Shown: positions 20,263 to 31,669, counted from the first letter of the stretch. The stretch: DNA of 64,000 bases from Halococcoides cellulosivorans (GCF_003058365.1 NZ_CP028858.1:1846836-1910835), one strand, 5' to 3'. Program-made: numbers and translations. The notes: generated by a model not told the origin, from the sequence alone.

Positions 20263-22758
20263 ATGCGGCTGATCGTCACCGAGAAAGACAACGCCGCCGA
20301 GCGCCTCGCTGCGATCCTCAGCGACGGGCGCGCGTCGGTCGAGCGCCGCGGCGACGTCCCCGTCCGGACGTGGGGCGACAGTAGCGTGATCGGGCTCTCG
20401 GGTCACGTCGTCGAGGTGGACTTCCCGCCCGAGTACGGCGAGTGGCGCGACGTCGAGCCCGTCGAGTTGATCGACACCGACGTGATGACTCGCCCGACCC
20501 GCGAGGACATCGTGGGGACGCTCCAGACGCTCGCGAGTGACGCCGACGACATCGTCATCGCGACCGACTACGATCGCGAAGGTGAGCTCATCGGGAAGGA
20601 GGCCCACGACCTCGTCCGCGACGTGACCGACGCGCCGATCGAGCGCGTTCGCTTCTCCTCGATCACCGAAGGCGAGGTCCGCGAGGCGTTCGAGACGCCC
20701 GATTCGCTGGATTTCGATCTCGCAGCGGCGGGCGAGGCCCGCCAGATCATCGATCTGGTGTGGGGCGCGGCGCTGACGCGGTTTCTCTCGCTGGCGGCGG
20801 GCCAGTTGGGCGAGGATTTCATCTCGGTCGGGCGCGTCCAGAGCCCGACGCTCAAGCTCTTGGTCGATCGCGAGCGCGAGATCGAGGCGTTCGATCCCGA
20901 CGACTACTGGGAGATCTGCACCGATCTGGACGTCGAGGGCACCGCCCTCGAAGCCCAGTACTTCTACGACGACGAGGGCAGCGAGGCCGAGCGGATCTGG
21001 GACGCCGATCGCGCCGCACAGGTCGTGGAGGCGCTCCGGACGGCAGACAGCGCGGCGATCACGACCGTCCGCCGGCGCACCCGCACCGATCGCCCGCCCG
21101 CGCCGTTCGACACGACGGCCTTCATTTCGGCGGCGGGATCGCTGGGCTACTCCGCCCAGCGCGCGATGTCGATCGCCGAAGAGCTGTACACCGAGGGGTA
21201 TCTGAGCTACCCGCGGACCGACAACACGGTCTATCCCGACGATCTGGACGCGCGCGAGCGCATCGCCGATTTCGAGGGGACGGCGTTCGACGAGTCGGTC
21301 GAGCGCCTGCTCGCCCGCGAGGAGATCGATCCGACGCGTGGCGACACCGAGTCGACCGACCACCCGCCGATCCACCCGACCGGCGAACTGCCCGATCGTG
21401 GCGACATCGGCGAGGACGCCTGGGAGCTGTACGAACTCGTCGTGCGGCGCTTTTTCGCGACGTGTGCGGGGCCCGCCGAATGGGAGCACCTCCGGATCGT
21501 CGCGACCGCGACCGGCGACGAAGACCACCAGTTGAAGGCGACGGGCAAGCGCCTGCTCGAAGAGGGCTATCACGCGGTCTACCCGTATTCGGGGGCGAGC
21601 GAGCACCATCTCCCCGACCTCGACGAAGGGCAACGCGTCGCGATCGAAGGGGTCGATCTCCAGACCAAACAGACCCAGCCGCCGCGCCGGTTCGGCCAGT
21701 CGCGGCTGATCGAGCGCATGGCCGACCAGAACCTCGGGACGAAGGCGACCCGGCACAACATCATCGAGAAGCTGTACGACCGGGGCTACGTCGAGAACGA
21801 CCCGCCCGTGCCGACCGCGCTCGCCCGCGCGGTCGTCAGCGCCGCCGAAGATCACGCCGAGCCGATCGTCACCGCCGCGATGACTGCCGAACTGGAGCGG
21901 GACATGACCGCGATCGCAGACGGCGAGAGCAGTCTCGACGCCGTCACCGACGAGTCCCGCGAGATGCTGCACGAAGTGTTCGATGCACTCCACGAGTCTC
22001 GGGAGGCGATCGCGGACGAACTCCGATCGTCGCTCAAAGACGACCGCCGACTCGGCCCGTGTCCGGAGTGTGGCGAATCACTCCTGATCCGCCGGAGTCG
22101 ACAGGGCTCGTATTTCGTCGGCTGTGACGGCTATCCCGACTGTGAGTTCACCCTGCCGCTGCCCGATGCGGGCGAGCCAGTCACGATCGAGGAGTCGTGT
22201 ACGGATCACGACCTCGCCCACGTCAAACTGCTCGACGGCCGGGACACCCGCGTCCACGGCTGTCCATTGTGTCACGCCGAGACCGCCGCCGAGAGTGAAG
22301 ACCGCGTGATCGGGCCCTGTCCGGAGTGTGGCGAGACCCACGGCGGCGAACTCGCGATCAAGCGCCTCCGCTCGGGGTCACGACTGGTCGGCTGTACACG
22401 CTATCCCGACTGTGAGTACTCCGTCCCCGTGCCCCGCCGTGGGGAGATCGCGATCGACGACGAGGATCGGTGTGAGATCCACGACTTGCCCGCGATCGCG
22501 ATCGTGAGCGACGATGACGACGATCCGTGGGAGTTGGGCTGTCCGATCTGTAATTTCGAGGCCTACCAGGCCGAGCAGGCCCCCGACGAGTTGGAAGATC
22601 TGAACGGCGTCGGGCCGGCGACCGCCGACAAACTCGCGTCGGAGGGCGTCGAGTCGCCGGACGACCTCGTGGAGCTGGACGCCGAGGGCCTCGCCGAGGC
22701 GGTCAGCGGCGTCAGCGCCGATCAAGTTCGGGAGTGGCAGGCCGAACTCGGTGTGTGA
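20263..22758 (+). CDS. topA: DNA topoisomerase I (type IA)
   Basis: TOPRIM N-terminus (LIVTEKDNAA), catalytic Tyr region, three C4 zinc ribbons (GPCPECG...GCDGYPDCEF) and terminal HhH. ATG at 20263; the track start is GTG 20257. Confidence 0.95.
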   Translation: MRLIVTEKDNAAERLAAILSDGRASVERRGDVPVRTWGDSSVIGLSGHVVEVDFPPEYGEWRDVEPVELIDTDVMTRPTREDIVGTLQTLASDADDIVIATDYDREGELIGKEAHDLVRDVTDAPIERVRFSSITEGEVREAFETPDSLDFDLAAAGEARQIIDLVWGAALTRFLSLAAGQLGEDFISVGRVQSPTLKLLVDREREIEAFDPDDYWEICTDLDVEGTALEAQYFYDDEGSEAERIWDADRAAQVVEALRTADSAAITTVRRRTRTDRPPAPFDTTAFISAAGSLGYSAQRAMSIAEELYTEGYLSYPRTDNTVYPDDLDARERIADFEGTAFDESVERLLAREEIDPTRGDTESTDHPPIHPTGELPDRGDIGEDAWELYELVVRRFFATCAGPAEWEHLRIVATATGDEDHQLKATGKRLLEEGYHAVYPYSGASEHHLPDLDEGQRVAIEGVDLQTKQTQPPRRFGQSRLIERMADQNLGTKATRHNIIEKLYDRGYVENDPPVPTALARAVVSAAEDHAEPIVTAAMTAELERDMTAIADGESSLDAVTDESREMLHEVFDALHESREAIADELRSSLKDDRRLGPCPECGESLLIRRSRQGSYFVGCDGYPDCEFTLPLPDAGEPVTIEESCTDHDLAHVKLLDGRDTRVHGCPLCHAETAAESEDRVIGPCPECGETHGGELAIKRLRSGSRLVGCTRYPDCEYSVPVPRRGEIAIDDEDRCEIHDLPAIAIVSDDDDDPWELGCPICNFEAYQAEQAPDELEDLNGVGPATADKLASEGVESPDDLVELDAEGLAEAVSGVSADQVREWQAELGV

Positions 22759-22772
22759 GACTTTTTCGATCC

Positions 22773-23198
22773 CTAGAGGAGCCAGCCAAAGAGCAACGGC
22801 GAGAGCAACAGCGTCAGCGGCACCGCGATCCAGACCTCGCCCGCGCGCACGTCGTATTGACCGATGGTTTCCTCGACCGGCGTGTCCTCCAGGTGGCCCA
22901 CGAGAAACTCGAAGCCGACGGTGAGGGCCGTCCACCCGACGCCGATCGCGAGGCGTTCGGCCAGCGTGTGAGCCTCTCCGAACGACGCGAAATAGAGCCC
23001 AGCGATCGTGAGGATGATCGCGACGAGCATCGCCGTGCTGATCCGGTGCGCGCGTCGCTCGGAGTATCGTGCGGTCAGCACCGTCTCGCGAAAGATCCCG
23101 TTCGCGACGGCCGTAACCGCGAGGACGAGCCAGACGATCGCCGGGAGCGCGAACGCTCCGGGATCGATCCCCCACGTGGACTGCAAGAGTGCGTCCAT
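22773..23198 (-). CDS. Small membrane protein (4 TM), function unknown
   Basis: Hydrophobic profile; convergent with topA, next to a T5 tract. Confidence 0.5.
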   Translation of the reverse strand: MDALLQSTWGIDPGAFALPAIVWLVLAVTAVANGIFRETVLTARYSERRAHRISTAMLVAIILTIAGLYFASFGEAHTLAERLAIGVGWTALTVGFEFLVGHLEDTPVEETIGQYDVRAGEVWIAVPLTLLLSPLLFGWLL

Positions 23199-23276
23199 AG
23201 CGGGGGTTCGACGGCCGAGTGTTTAGCGATGGCGGCGGCCAATCGATTAAATTGTCGCCAAATGCAGCCCAAAAGA

Positions 23277-23298
23277 CGCCCGAGGCGGGATTTGAACC
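23277..23298 (-). repeat. 22-nt exact copy of the tRNA-Asp 3' end (T-arm/acceptor fragment), att-like direct repeat
   Basis: cgcccgaggcgggatttgaacc is identical to 23663-23684 of the intact tRNA-Asp. The T-stem does not pair, so it is a fragment, not a gene. Confidence 0.7.
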
Positions 23299-23396
23299 GG
23301 ATGCAGACGTGCTCGTTCGCTTGCTCACTGCGCGCGACTGCCAGGGTTCAAATCCGCACCGGTCGCTCTACTCGTCACGTTCTTCCGTTACAATAA

Positions 23397-23469
23397 CGCC
23401 CGGAGCGGGATTTGAACCCGCGTCACGACCGTGACAGGGTCGTATGATGGGCCACTACACCATCCGGGC
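23397..23469 (-). tRNA. tRNA-Asp (GUC), copy 1
   Basis: Reverse complement folds as GCCCGGA / D-arm / CGACC-CTGTCAC-GGTCG (anticodon GTC) / GCGGG-TTCAAAT-CCCGC / TCCGGGC + G. CCA is not encoded. Confidence 0.85.
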
Positions 23470-23662
23470 TCGCACCCTCACTTTCCGGGACGGCATATTA
23501 AGACTTTCTTCTGGCCCTCGACCACACGCAGGCTCCGGGGTCACGGAGTCTTTATCAGTCAAAGCGGAACGGACCGGAAGCCGACCCAGATCGATCACCC
23601 CGTTCGCAGAGACGGGATCGAATGGCAGTCGCTTCGCTCACCACGATGTTCCTCACAGAAAG

Positions 23663-23735
23663 CGCCCGAGGCGGGATTTGAACCCGCGTCACGACCGTGA
23701 CAGGGTCGTATGATGGGCCACTACACCACCCGGGC
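23663..23735 (-). tRNA. tRNA-Asp (GUC), copy 2 (acceptor G6-U67 wobble)
   Basis: Near-identical to copy 1 with the same anticodon arm; 3 nt differ in the acceptor stem. Confidence 0.85.
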
Positions 23736-23946
23736 TTCCATTCCATGCTTCGCGGACGGAGACATAAGCCTTCCCTCTCGGGGTCGGCGTGAGTCGGCGT
23801 CCCGTGGGGCGATTCGACACGCCAATTCCCCCGCTGCGGGCGACCGCTCGCCACTGACCGGCCGAAACGGACTTGACAACCGTTAAGTAGCCGCCGGCGG
23901 TACCCGCCTGTAGTATCTCGAAGCGGATTCTCCGACCCCCCAACCC

Positions 23947-24174
23947 ATGGTCAATGTAAGCGCCCACGAACTCGTGCCCGACCACAGCATCCTCGACAGC
24001 GACGACCTCGAGGACGTGCTCGCGGAGTACAACATCCGAAAGACCGACTTGCCGAAGATCGCGTCCGACGACCCGGCCCTGCCCGAAAAGGCCGACGTCG
24101 GTGACGTGATCCGCATCATTCGGGACTCGCGAACGACAGACACCGCCGTCAACTACAGACTCGTGACCGAATAA
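23947..24174 (+). CDS. rpoH: DNA-directed RNA polymerase subunit H (Rpb5-like)
   Basis: 75-aa RpoH signature (VPDHSILD...IRKTDLPKI...GDVIRIIR), directly upstream of rpoB. Confidence 0.9.
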   Translation: MVNVSAHELVPDHSILDSDDLEDVLAEYNIRKTDLPKIASDDPALPEKADVGDVIRIIRDSRTTDTAVNYRLVTE

Positions 24175-24175
24175 C

Positions 24176-25735
24176 ATGGATCAACACGACCGCCGCACGA
24201 TCTCACGGGAGTACTTCTCGCGGGAACGACTCGCAGACCATCACTTCCGGTCGTTCAACGGCTTCCTCGACCGGGGCATGCAGGAGGTCGTCGACGAGAA
24301 GGCGACCATCGACACCGACATCGGTGACAAGGAAGGCGAAGAGCCCGTCTGGGTCGAACTCGGTGACGTACGCATCGTCACCCCGCGCGTGCGAGAGGCC
24401 GACGGGAGCGAGGAACTGCTCTACCCCCAGGAGGCCCGTCTGCGGAACATCACCTACGCCGCCCCGGTGTTCATGGAGATGGCGATCGTCAAGGGCGGCG
24501 AAGAGGAAGAGGAACGCGTCGTCGACCAGACCGAGACCAAGGTGGGCCAGATGCCCGTCATGGTCGGGTCGAACAAGTGCAACATCGCGGGGTTCAATCG
24601 CGAGGAACTGATCGACATCGGCGAAGACCCCGCCGACCCGGGCGGGTACTTCCTGGTCAACGGCTCCGAGCGCGTCCTGATGACCAGCGAAGACCTCGCG
24701 CCCAACAAGATCCTCGCGGAGTACGACACGAAGTACGGTGACGAGATCCAGGTCGCGAAGACGTTCTCCCAGCGGCGGGGGTACCGTGCGCTCGTCCTGG
24801 TCGAGCGCAACCGTGAGGGACTGCTCGAAATTTCGTTCCCCTCGGTCTCGGGGAGTGTCGATTTCGTCACGCTCGTGCGCGCGCTCGGCCTCGAAAGCGA
24901 CGAGGAGATCGTCCACCGCGTGAGCGACGACCCCGAGATCGTGAAGTTCATGCTCGAAAACCTGGAGGCCGCCGACGTCCACTCCACCGAGGAGGCCATC
25001 GAGACGCTCGGGCAGCGCGTCGCCGCCGGGCAGGGCAAAAACTACCAGCTCAAACGCGCGAACTACGTCATCGACCGGTATCTCCTGCCCCACCTCCACG
25101 AAGAGGGCGTCGACGACGAGGAGGTCCGGATCAACAAGGCGTTCTATCTCTGCCGGATGGCCGAGGCGTGTTTCGAACTCGCACTCAATCGACGGGATTC
25201 CGACGACAAAGACCACTACGCCAACAAGCGCCTGAAGGTCTCTGGCGATCTGATGCGCGACCTGTTCCGGACCGCGCTAAACAAGCTCGCCCGCGACGTG
25301 AAATACCAGCTCGAACGGGCGAACATGCGGAATCGCAACCTCTCGGTCTCGACGGTCGTTCGCTCGGACGTCCTGACCGAACGGCTCGAACACCCGCTCG
25401 CGACGGGCAACTGGGTCGGCGGTCGATCCGGAGTCTCTCAGCTCGTCGACCGGACGGACTTCATGGGTGTACTCAGCCACCTCCGCCGACTGCGCTCGCC
25501 GCTCAGCCGGTCACAGCCACACTTCGAGGCCCGCGACCTCCACGCCACGCAGTGGGGTCGGATCTGTCCCTCCGAGACGCCCGAAGGGCCGAACTGTGGG
25601 CTGGTGAAGAACTTCGCGCAGGCGATGGAGCTCTCCCAGCACGTCGAGGACGAGAAGCCGCTCAAGCGGACTCTCTCGGAGATGGGCGTCGAGGGCGTCC
25701 CCGGCGTGACCGACGACATGCCAGCAGACGACTGA
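24176..25735 (+). CDS. rpoB2: DNA-directed RNA polymerase subunit B'' (N-terminal half of RpoB)
   Basis: Rpb2 N-half motifs ending at GRICPSETPEGPNCGLVKN; 519 aa matches haloarchaeal B'' of about 520 aa. Confidence 0.9.
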   Translation: MDQHDRRTISREYFSRERLADHHFRSFNGFLDRGMQEVVDEKATIDTDIGDKEGEEPVWVELGDVRIVTPRVREADGSEELLYPQEARLRNITYAAPVFMEMAIVKGGEEEEERVVDQTETKVGQMPVMVGSNKCNIAGFNREELIDIGEDPADPGGYFLVNGSERVLMTSEDLAPNKILAEYDTKYGDEIQVAKTFSQRRGYRALVLVERNREGLLEISFPSVSGSVDFVTLVRALGLESDEEIVHRVSDDPEIVKFMLENLEAADVHSTEEAIETLGQRVAAGQGKNYQLKRANYVIDRYLLPHLHEEGVDDEEVRINKAFYLCRMAEACFELALNRRDSDDKDHYANKRLKVSGDLMRDLFRTALNKLARDVKYQLERANMRNRNLSVSTVVRSDVLTERLEHPLATGNWVGGRSGVSQLVDRTDFMGVLSHLRRLRSPLSRSQPHFEARDLHATQWGRICPSETPEGPNCGLVKNFAQAMELSQHVEDEKPLKRTLSEMGVEGVPGVTDDMPADD

Positions 25736-25847
25736 TGGGTCGCGTGCACGCGCCACGCGACTCCCGTATCGATTGCCGACCGGCGACCGACGACAGCGGG
25801 GACCGACGGTCCCCACACAATCGGGCTCCGCCCGACGACACCAACAC

Positions 25848-28799
25848 ATGAGTACGGGCCATTCCCCCCAGGAAATCGGGTCGATCAGCTTCGGGCTGAT
25901 GGACCCCGAGGAGTATCGCGACATGAGTGCCACGAAGGTCATCACCGCCGACACCTACGACGACGACGGGTTCCCCATCGACATGGGGCTGATGGACCCC
26001 CGACTCGGCGTCATCGACCCCGGGCTGGAGTGTAAGACCTGCGGCAAGCATTCCGGGTCGTGTAACGGCCACTTCGGTCACATCGAACTCGCCGCACCGG
26101 TGATCCACGTCGGGTTCGCGAAGTTGATCCGACGCCTGCTCCGGGGCACCTGTCCCGAGTGCTCGCGGCTGAGCCTCACCGAAGACGAGCGCGAGGACTA
26201 CCGCGAGAATCTGAAGCGCACGAAAGCCCTCGACGGCGATCCGACCGACGTGATGAAAGCCGGGATTCGCGACGCGCGCAGTCGCGACCGGTGTCCGTTC
26301 TGTGGCACGCCCCAGAACGACATCAAACACGAGAAGCCGACCACCTACTACGAGGTCATCGACGTCCCCCACGAGGAGTACCCCGACCGGGTCGTCGAGG
26401 CGATGGAAGGCGGCGAGGACCGCGAGCGCACGACGCCCGAGGACCTCGCCGAGGAGACCGGGATCGAACTGAGCCGGATCAACGACATCATCTCGGGTGA
26501 CTTCCGCCCGAGCGTCGACCAGCTCGGGGCGATCGCCGACGCGATCGGCGTCAACCGGACGACGTTCCTCGAAGAGGACATGGACAAGCTGATGCCCTCG
26601 GATATCCGGGACTGGTTCGAGGAGATCCCCGACGAGGACCTCGAAGTGCTGGGGATCAGCTCCGAACTGTCGCGGCCCGAGTGGATGATTCTCACCGTCC
26701 TGCCGGTCCCGCCGGTGACGGCCCGCCCGTCGATTACCCTCGACAACGGGCAACGCAGCGAGGACGACCTGACACACAAGCTGGTGGACATCATCCGGAT
26801 CAACCAGCGGTTCATGGAGAACCGCGAGGCCGGTGCGCCCCAGCTGATCATCGAAGACCTCTGGGAACTGCTGCAGTACCACGTCACGACGTTCATGGAC
26901 AACGAGATTTCGGGGACGCCGCCGGCCCGCCACCGCTCGGGGCGGCCGCTGAAGACCCTCTCCCAGCGCCTGAAAGGCAAGGAGGGTCGCTTCCGAGGGT
27001 CGCTGTCGGGCAAGCGTGTGAACTTCTCCGCGCGGACGGTCATCTCGCCGGACCCGACCCTCTCGCTCAACGAGGTCGGCGTCCCCGACCGCGTCGCCAG
27101 CGAGATGACACAGACGATGAACGTCAACGAGCGGAATCTCGCCCAGGCCCGCCAGTACGTCGCCAACGGGCCCGAAAACCATCCCGGCGCGAACTACGTC
27201 CGCCGGCCCGACGGACGCCGACTGAAAGTCACCGAGAAGAACTGCGAGGAACTCGCAGAGAAGGTCGAGGCTGGCTGGGAGGTCGCTCGCCACCTCGTCG
27301 ACGGCGACATCGTGATGTTCAACCGTCAGCCGTCGCTGCACCGGATGTCGATCATGGCTCACGAGGTCGTGGTCATGCCCTACAAGACGTTCCGCTTGAA
27401 CACGACGGTCTGTCCGCCGTACAACGCTGACTTCGACGGCGACGAGATGAACATGCACGCCCTCCAGAACGAGGAGGCACGTGCCGAAGCACGGGTCCTG
27501 ATGCGCGTGCAAGAACAGATCCTCTCGCCGCGCTTCGGGGAGAACATCATCGGGGCGATTCAGGACCACATCTCGGGACTGTATCTGCTGACCCACGAGA
27601 ACCCCCGGTTCAACGAGACCCAGTCGCTGGACTTGCTGCGGACGACCCAGGTCGACGAACTGCCCGAACCGGACGGGTATCGCGACAGGCCGTCGGCGCA
27701 TCGAGACGGCGACGCCGTCGACGACAGGGCGCCCTACTGGACCGGCCGATCGATCTTCTCGGAGTTGCTCCCGGACGATCTCGACCTCGAATTCACGTCT
27801 TCGGCGGGCGACACGGTCGTCATCGACGACGGCCAACTCCTGGAGGGGACGATCGACGAGGACGCCGTCGGTGGGTTCGGTGGCGACATCGTCGACACCA
27901 TCGCGAAAGCCTACGACATGACGGCCGCACGGATGTTCATCAACGAGGTCTCCTCGCTCGCGGTCCGAACGATCATGCACTTCGGGTTCTCGATCGGGAT
28001 CGACGACGAGTCGATTCCCGAGGCCGCGACGGCTCAGATCGACGAGGCGATCGACAACGCCGAAGAGCGCGTCCAGGAACTCATCGAGACATACCGACAG
28101 GGCGACCTGGAGAGTCTGCCGGGCCGCACCGTCGACGAGACCCTGGAGATGAAGGTCATGCAGACGCTCGGCAAGGCCCGTGACTCTGCGGGTGACATCG
28201 CCGAAGACCACTTCTCCGACGACAACCCCGCGGTCGTGATGGCCGAGTCCGGGGCGCGTGGGTCGATGCTGAACCTGACTCAGATGGCCGCCTGTGTCGG
28301 CCAGCAGGCCGTCCGTGGCGAGCGGATCAACCGTGGCTACGAGGGGCGGACGCTCAGTCACTTCAAGGCCGACGACCTCTCCTCGGAGGCCCACGGGTTC
28401 GTCGAGCACTCCTACCGCGAGGGCCTCGGCCCGCGGGAGTTTTTCTTCCACGCGATGGGGGGCCGGGAGGGCCTGGTCGACACGGCCGTCCGAACGTCGA
28501 AGTCGGGCTACCTCCAGCGTCGCCTGATCAACGCGCTCTCGGAACTCGAAACCCAGTACGACGGCACCGTCCGGGACACCGGCGACAAGATCGTCCAGTT
28601 CGAGTTCGGCGAGGACGGCACCAGTCCGGTGACGGTCTCCTCGTCGGCCGACAACGACATCGACGTCGAGTCGATCGCCCAGCGCGTCCTCGACAAAGAG
28701 TTCGACAGCGACGCCGAGCGCGACGAGTTCTTCGGGCGCACTGAACAGCCGACCAACCTCTCCGAACACGCCGACGACCGCTGGCAACAGCAGGCCTGA
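25848..28799 (+). CDS. rpoA1: DNA-directed RNA polymerase subunit A'
   Basis: Zn-binding [20 protein letters not shown], catalytic [10 protein letters not shown], and trigger-loop regions. ATG at 25848 ([11 protein letters not shown]). Confidence 0.95.
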   Translation: MSTGHSPQEIGSISFGLMDPEEYRDMSATKVITADTYDDDGFPIDMGLMDPRLGVIDPGLECKTCGKHSGSCNGHFGHIELAAPVIHVGFAKLIRRLLRGTCPECSRLSLTEDEREDYRENLKRTKALDGDPTDVMKAGIRDARSRDRCPFCGTPQNDIKHEKPTTYYEVIDVPHEEYPDRVVEAMEGGEDRERTTPEDLAEETGIELSRINDIISGDFRPSVDQLGAIADAIGVNRTTFLEEDMDKLMPSDIRDWFEEIPDEDLEVLGISSELSRPEWMILTVLPVPPVTARPSITLDNGQRSEDDLTHKLVDIIRINQRFMENREAGAPQLIIEDLWELLQYHVTTFMDNEISGTPPARHRSGRPLKTLSQRLKGKEGRFRGSLSGKRVNFSARTVISPDPTLSLNEVGVPDRVASEMTQTMNVNERNLAQARQYVANGPENHPGANYVRRPDGRRLKVTEKNCEELAEKVEAGWEVARHLVDGDIVMFNRQPSLHRMSIMAHEVVVMPYKTFRLNTTVCPPYNADFDGDEMNMHALQNEEARAEARVLMRVQEQILSPRFGENIIGAIQDHISGLYLLTHENPRFNETQSLDLLRTTQVDELPEPDGYRDRPSAHRDGDAVDDRAPYWTGRSIFSELLPDDLDLEFTSSAGDTVVIDDGQLLEGTIDEDAVGGFGGDIVDTIAKAYDMTAARMFINEVSSLAVRTIMHFGFSIGIDDESIPEAATAQIDEAIDNAEERVQELIETYRQGDLESLPGRTVDETLEMKVMQTLGKARDSAGDIAEDHFSDDNPAVVMAESGARGSMLNLTQMAACVGQQAVRGERINRGYEGRTLSHFKADDLSSEAHGFVEHSYREGLGPREFFFHAMGGREGLVDTAVRTSKSGYLQRRLINALSELETQYDGTVRDTGDKIVQFEFGEDGTSPVTVSSSADNDIDVESIAQRVLDKEFDSDAERDEFFGRTEQPTNLSEHADDRWQQQA

Positions 28800-28803
28800 A
28801 CCA

Positions 28804-30027
28804 ATGAGCCAACACGACACCGACTACGACCCGACAGGTTCGTTCGACGCCGTCGACACCGATATCGAACTCGTCGTCGAGGACACCGACCTCCCGCGTC
28901 GCCTGAAGACCGAAGTCTATCGCGAGATCGACGATCGCGAACTCGACACCGAGGGCGCACAGGAAGTCGCGAGCGCCGTCGAAGCGCGGTATATCGACAC
29001 GCGCGTCGATCCGCTCGACCCCGTCGGGACCGTCTCGGCCCAGTCGATCGGTGAACCTGGCACACAGATGACAATGAACACGTTTCATTACGCCGGGGTC
29101 GCAGAAATCGACGTCACACAGGGCCTGCCGCGCCTGATCGAGCTGGTCGACGCGCGCAAGGAACCTGACACGCCGATGATGACCGTCCACCTCGACGAAG
29201 AGCACGCGACCGATCGCGAGCGCGCTCACGAGGTGGTCTGGAAGATCGAATCGACGCGGATCCTCCAGCTCGGTGACGTCTCGACGAACGTCGCGGACAT
29301 GATCGTCGGGATCGAACTCAACCCCGACACGCTCGCCGAGCGCTGGCCGACCGTCAGCGTCGAGGAGGCCGCCGAGGACATCGAGTCGACGATCGCAGAC
29401 ACGCTCGGTGTCGACACCCGTCGCAGCGAGAACGTCATCGAGTTCGGGCCCGACGAGCCGTCCTATCGGGAACTGCTCCAGTTGGTCGAGGAACTCCGGG
29501 AGATCACCTTCAAGGGAATCAGCGAGGTCTCGCGGGTCGTCATCCGCAAAGAAGAGACCGACCATCCCGAGCGCGAGGAGGAGTTCGTCCTCTACACCGA
29601 GGGGTCGGAGCTCAGTGACGTCCTCGAAATCGAGGGCGTCGACGCGTCCCGGTCGACCTGTAACAACATTCACGAGATCCACGAGTGTCTCGGAATCGAG
29701 GCCGCCCGCGAGGCGATCATCAACGAGACGATGAACACCCTCGAAGAGCAGGGCCTGGACGACGTGAACGTCCGGCACCTGATGCTCGTCGCGGACATCA
29801 TGACCAATCGTGGCGAGATCCAGTCGATCGGGCGCCACGGCATCTCGGGCAACAAAGACAGCGTCCTCGCGCGCGCAGCGTTCGAGGTGACGGTCTCACA
29901 CCTGCTCGACGCCGCGATTCAAGGCGAGATCGACGACCTCGACGGCGTCACCGAGAACGTCATCGTCGGGAAGCCGATCAAACTCGGGACGGGCGACGTG
30001 AACCTGCGGATGGGTTCGACCGACTGA
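28804..30027 (+). CDS. rpoA2: DNA-directed RNA polymerase subunit A''
   Basis: Homology to the C-terminal third of Rpb1/beta' ([16 protein letters not shown]...). Confidence 0.95.
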   Translation: MSQHDTDYDPTGSFDAVDTDIELVVEDTDLPRRLKTEVYREIDDRELDTEGAQEVASAVEARYIDTRVDPLDPVGTVSAQSIGEPGTQMTMNTFHYAGVAEIDVTQGLPRLIELVDARKEPDTPMMTVHLDEEHATDRERAHEVVWKIESTRILQLGDVSTNVADMIVGIELNPDTLAERWPTVSVEEAAEDIESTIADTLGVDTRRSENVIEFGPDEPSYRELLQLVEELREITFKGISEVSRVVIRKEETDHPEREEEFVLYTEGSELSDVLEIEGVDASRSTCNNIHEIHECLGIEAAREAIINETMNTLEEQGLDDVNVRHLMLVADIMTNRGEIQSIGRHGISGNKDSVLARAAFEVTVSHLLDAAIQGEIDDLDGVTENVIVGKPIKLGTGDVNLRMGSTD

Positions 30028-30452
30028 TGCGACGCCTGGACGACGAGGCCCGCCGCCTGGCGGGTGCGATCGACGAGGCGACCGGCGGGACCGTCCGGGA
30101 CTGTGTCGTCGAGGCCGATCGCGCGATCGTCCTCATCGCGCCCGAGGACATGGCCCAGGTCATCGGCGAAGGTGGCGGCCGGATTCGCGACCTCGAAGAG
30201 CGTGTCGGCCGTGATCTCAAACTCGTCGCGGACGCACCAACGCCCGAGGGCCTGATCGGGAACGCCCTCGAACCCGCCGCGGTCGGTGCGGTGACCATCG
30301 AGGACCGTGAGGACGAACGCGTCGCCGTCGCGCAGGTCGACCCCGCGGATCGCGGCGTCGCGATCGGTCGAGACGGTCGGAACGTCGCGGCGGCGGAGAC
30401 GCTCGCGGCCCGTCACACCGACGTCGATCGCGTCGAGATCGACACCGCGTGA
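30027..30452 (+). CDS. nusA: Archaeal NusA-like KH-domain transcription factor
   Basis: Two KH domains (GGxxG: [15 protein letters not shown]). TGATG overlap with rpoA''. Confidence 0.85.
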   Translation: MRRLDDEARRLAGAIDEATGGTVRDCVVEADRAIVLIAPEDMAQVIGEGGGRIRDLEERVGRDLKLVADAPTPEGLIGNALEPAAVGAVTIEDREDERVAVAQVDPADRGVAIGRDGRNVAAAETLAARHTDVDRVEIDTA

Positions 30453-30501
30453 ACCGCGAAAGAAGACCCTTAAGTACGTCGACCGGGTAGCGATCGCTAC
30501 T

Positions 30502-30930
30502 ATGGCGAACGGCAAATACGCCGCGCGCAAACTCAAGCAGGACCGCCAGAAACACCGGTGGTCCGACACGGATTACGCCCGTCGGGAACGCGGACTCGGC
30601 GAGAAGTCCGACCCCCTCGAAGGCGCGCCCCAGGGACGGGGCATCGTCCTCGAGAAGGTCGGGATCGAGGCCAAACAGCCCAACTCGGCAATCCGGAAAT
30701 GCGTGCGCGTCCAGTTGATCAAGAACAGCAAGCAAGTCACCGCGTTCTGTCCCGGTGACGGCGCAATCAGCTTCATCGACGAGCACGACGAGGTCACGAT
30801 CGCCGGCATCGGCGGCGCGAAGGGTCGTGCGATGGGTGACCTCTCCGGTGTCAACTACAAAGTCGAGAAGGTCAACGGCGTCTCGATGATCGAACTCGTG
30901 CGCGGGAACGCCGAGAAACCGGTGCGATAA
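30502..30930 (+). CDS. rps12: 30S ribosomal protein S12 (uS12)
   Basis: [13 protein letters not shown]...VTAFCPGDG signature. Confidence 0.95.
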   Translation: MANGKYAARKLKQDRQKHRWSDTDYARRERGLGEKSDPLEGAPQGRGIVLEKVGIEAKQPNSAIRKCVRVQLIKNSKQVTAFCPGDGAISFIDEHDEVTIAGIGGAKGRAMGDLSGVNYKVEKVNGVSMIELVRGNAEKPVR

Positions 30931-30932
30931 CC

Positions 30933-31544
30933 ATGTCCGCAGAGAGCGAATCCGACGACACCCCCGAGGAAAGCGAAGAATCGACGATCGGCGCGAAACT
31001 GTTCGGTGAGTACGCGACCGACGGCATCGAGTTCTCGGACCCGTCGACCGAGCGGTACGTGACGATCACGCCGATCGCCCACACGATGGGGCGTCACACC
31101 GGCAAGCAGTTCGACAAAAGCGAGATCTCGATCGTCGAGCGCCTGATCAACCGGCTGATGCAGACCGACGAGAACACCGGGAAGAAACAGCAGACCACGC
31201 GGATCGTCCGCGAGGCGTTCGCGATCATCGAGTCCCGGGCCGACGAGAACCCGATCCAGGTCCTCGTCGGGGCCGTCGAGAACGCCGCGCCGCGCGAGGA
31301 GACCGTCCGTCTGAAATACGGTGGCATCTCCGTCCCGAAGGCCGTCGACATCTCCCCGCAGCGCCGCGTCGACCAGGCGCTGAAGTTCATCGCGGAAGGC
31401 GTCTACAAGGACGCGTTCAAGACGACGACCGACGCCGAAGACGCGCTCGCGCGCCAGTTGATCGGCGCGGCCGACGACGACGTCGACACCTACGCCGTCA
31501 ACCAGAAAGAAGAGAAAGAGCGCGTCGCCGCCGCCGCGCGATAG
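30933..31544 (+). CDS. rps7: 30S ribosomal protein S7 (uS7)
   Basis: uS7 fold motifs with an acidic N-terminus. Confidence 0.95.
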   Translation: MSAESESDDTPEESEESTIGAKLFGEYATDGIEFSDPSTERYVTITPIAHTMGRHTGKQFDKSEISIVERLINRLMQTDENTGKKQQTTRIVREAFAIIESRADENPIQVLVGAVENAAPREETVRLKYGGISVPKAVDISPQRRVDQALKFIAEGVYKDAFKTTTDAEDALARQLIGAADDDVDTYAVNQKEEKERVAAAAR

Positions 31545-31669
31545 TCGGATCTTTCTTCTACGCCGTCCGTTCTCGAAACGGGCACAGAACGCCCTCCAGA
31601 GGGGGTCAGTCACACCGTCTCAACTCTGCCATCGCGTCCCAACCCGGCACGGCCCGCGGATCGGTCGGT

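Noticed and set aside
20065-21993. 642-aa minus-strand ORF
   Set aside because: Antisense to topoisomerase I.
23338-23366. Possible plus-strand tRNA ending at GGGTTCAAATCC between the tRNA-Asp fragment and copy 1
   Set aside because: The T-stem and acceptor cannot be paired and no matching 5' half is present, so it is treated as a degenerate T-loop fragment rather than a gene.
25662-28820. 1052-aa minus-strand ORF
   Set aside because: Antisense to rpoA'. Considered because it spans the place where rpoB' would be expected, but it has no RpoB motifs and is on the wrong strand.
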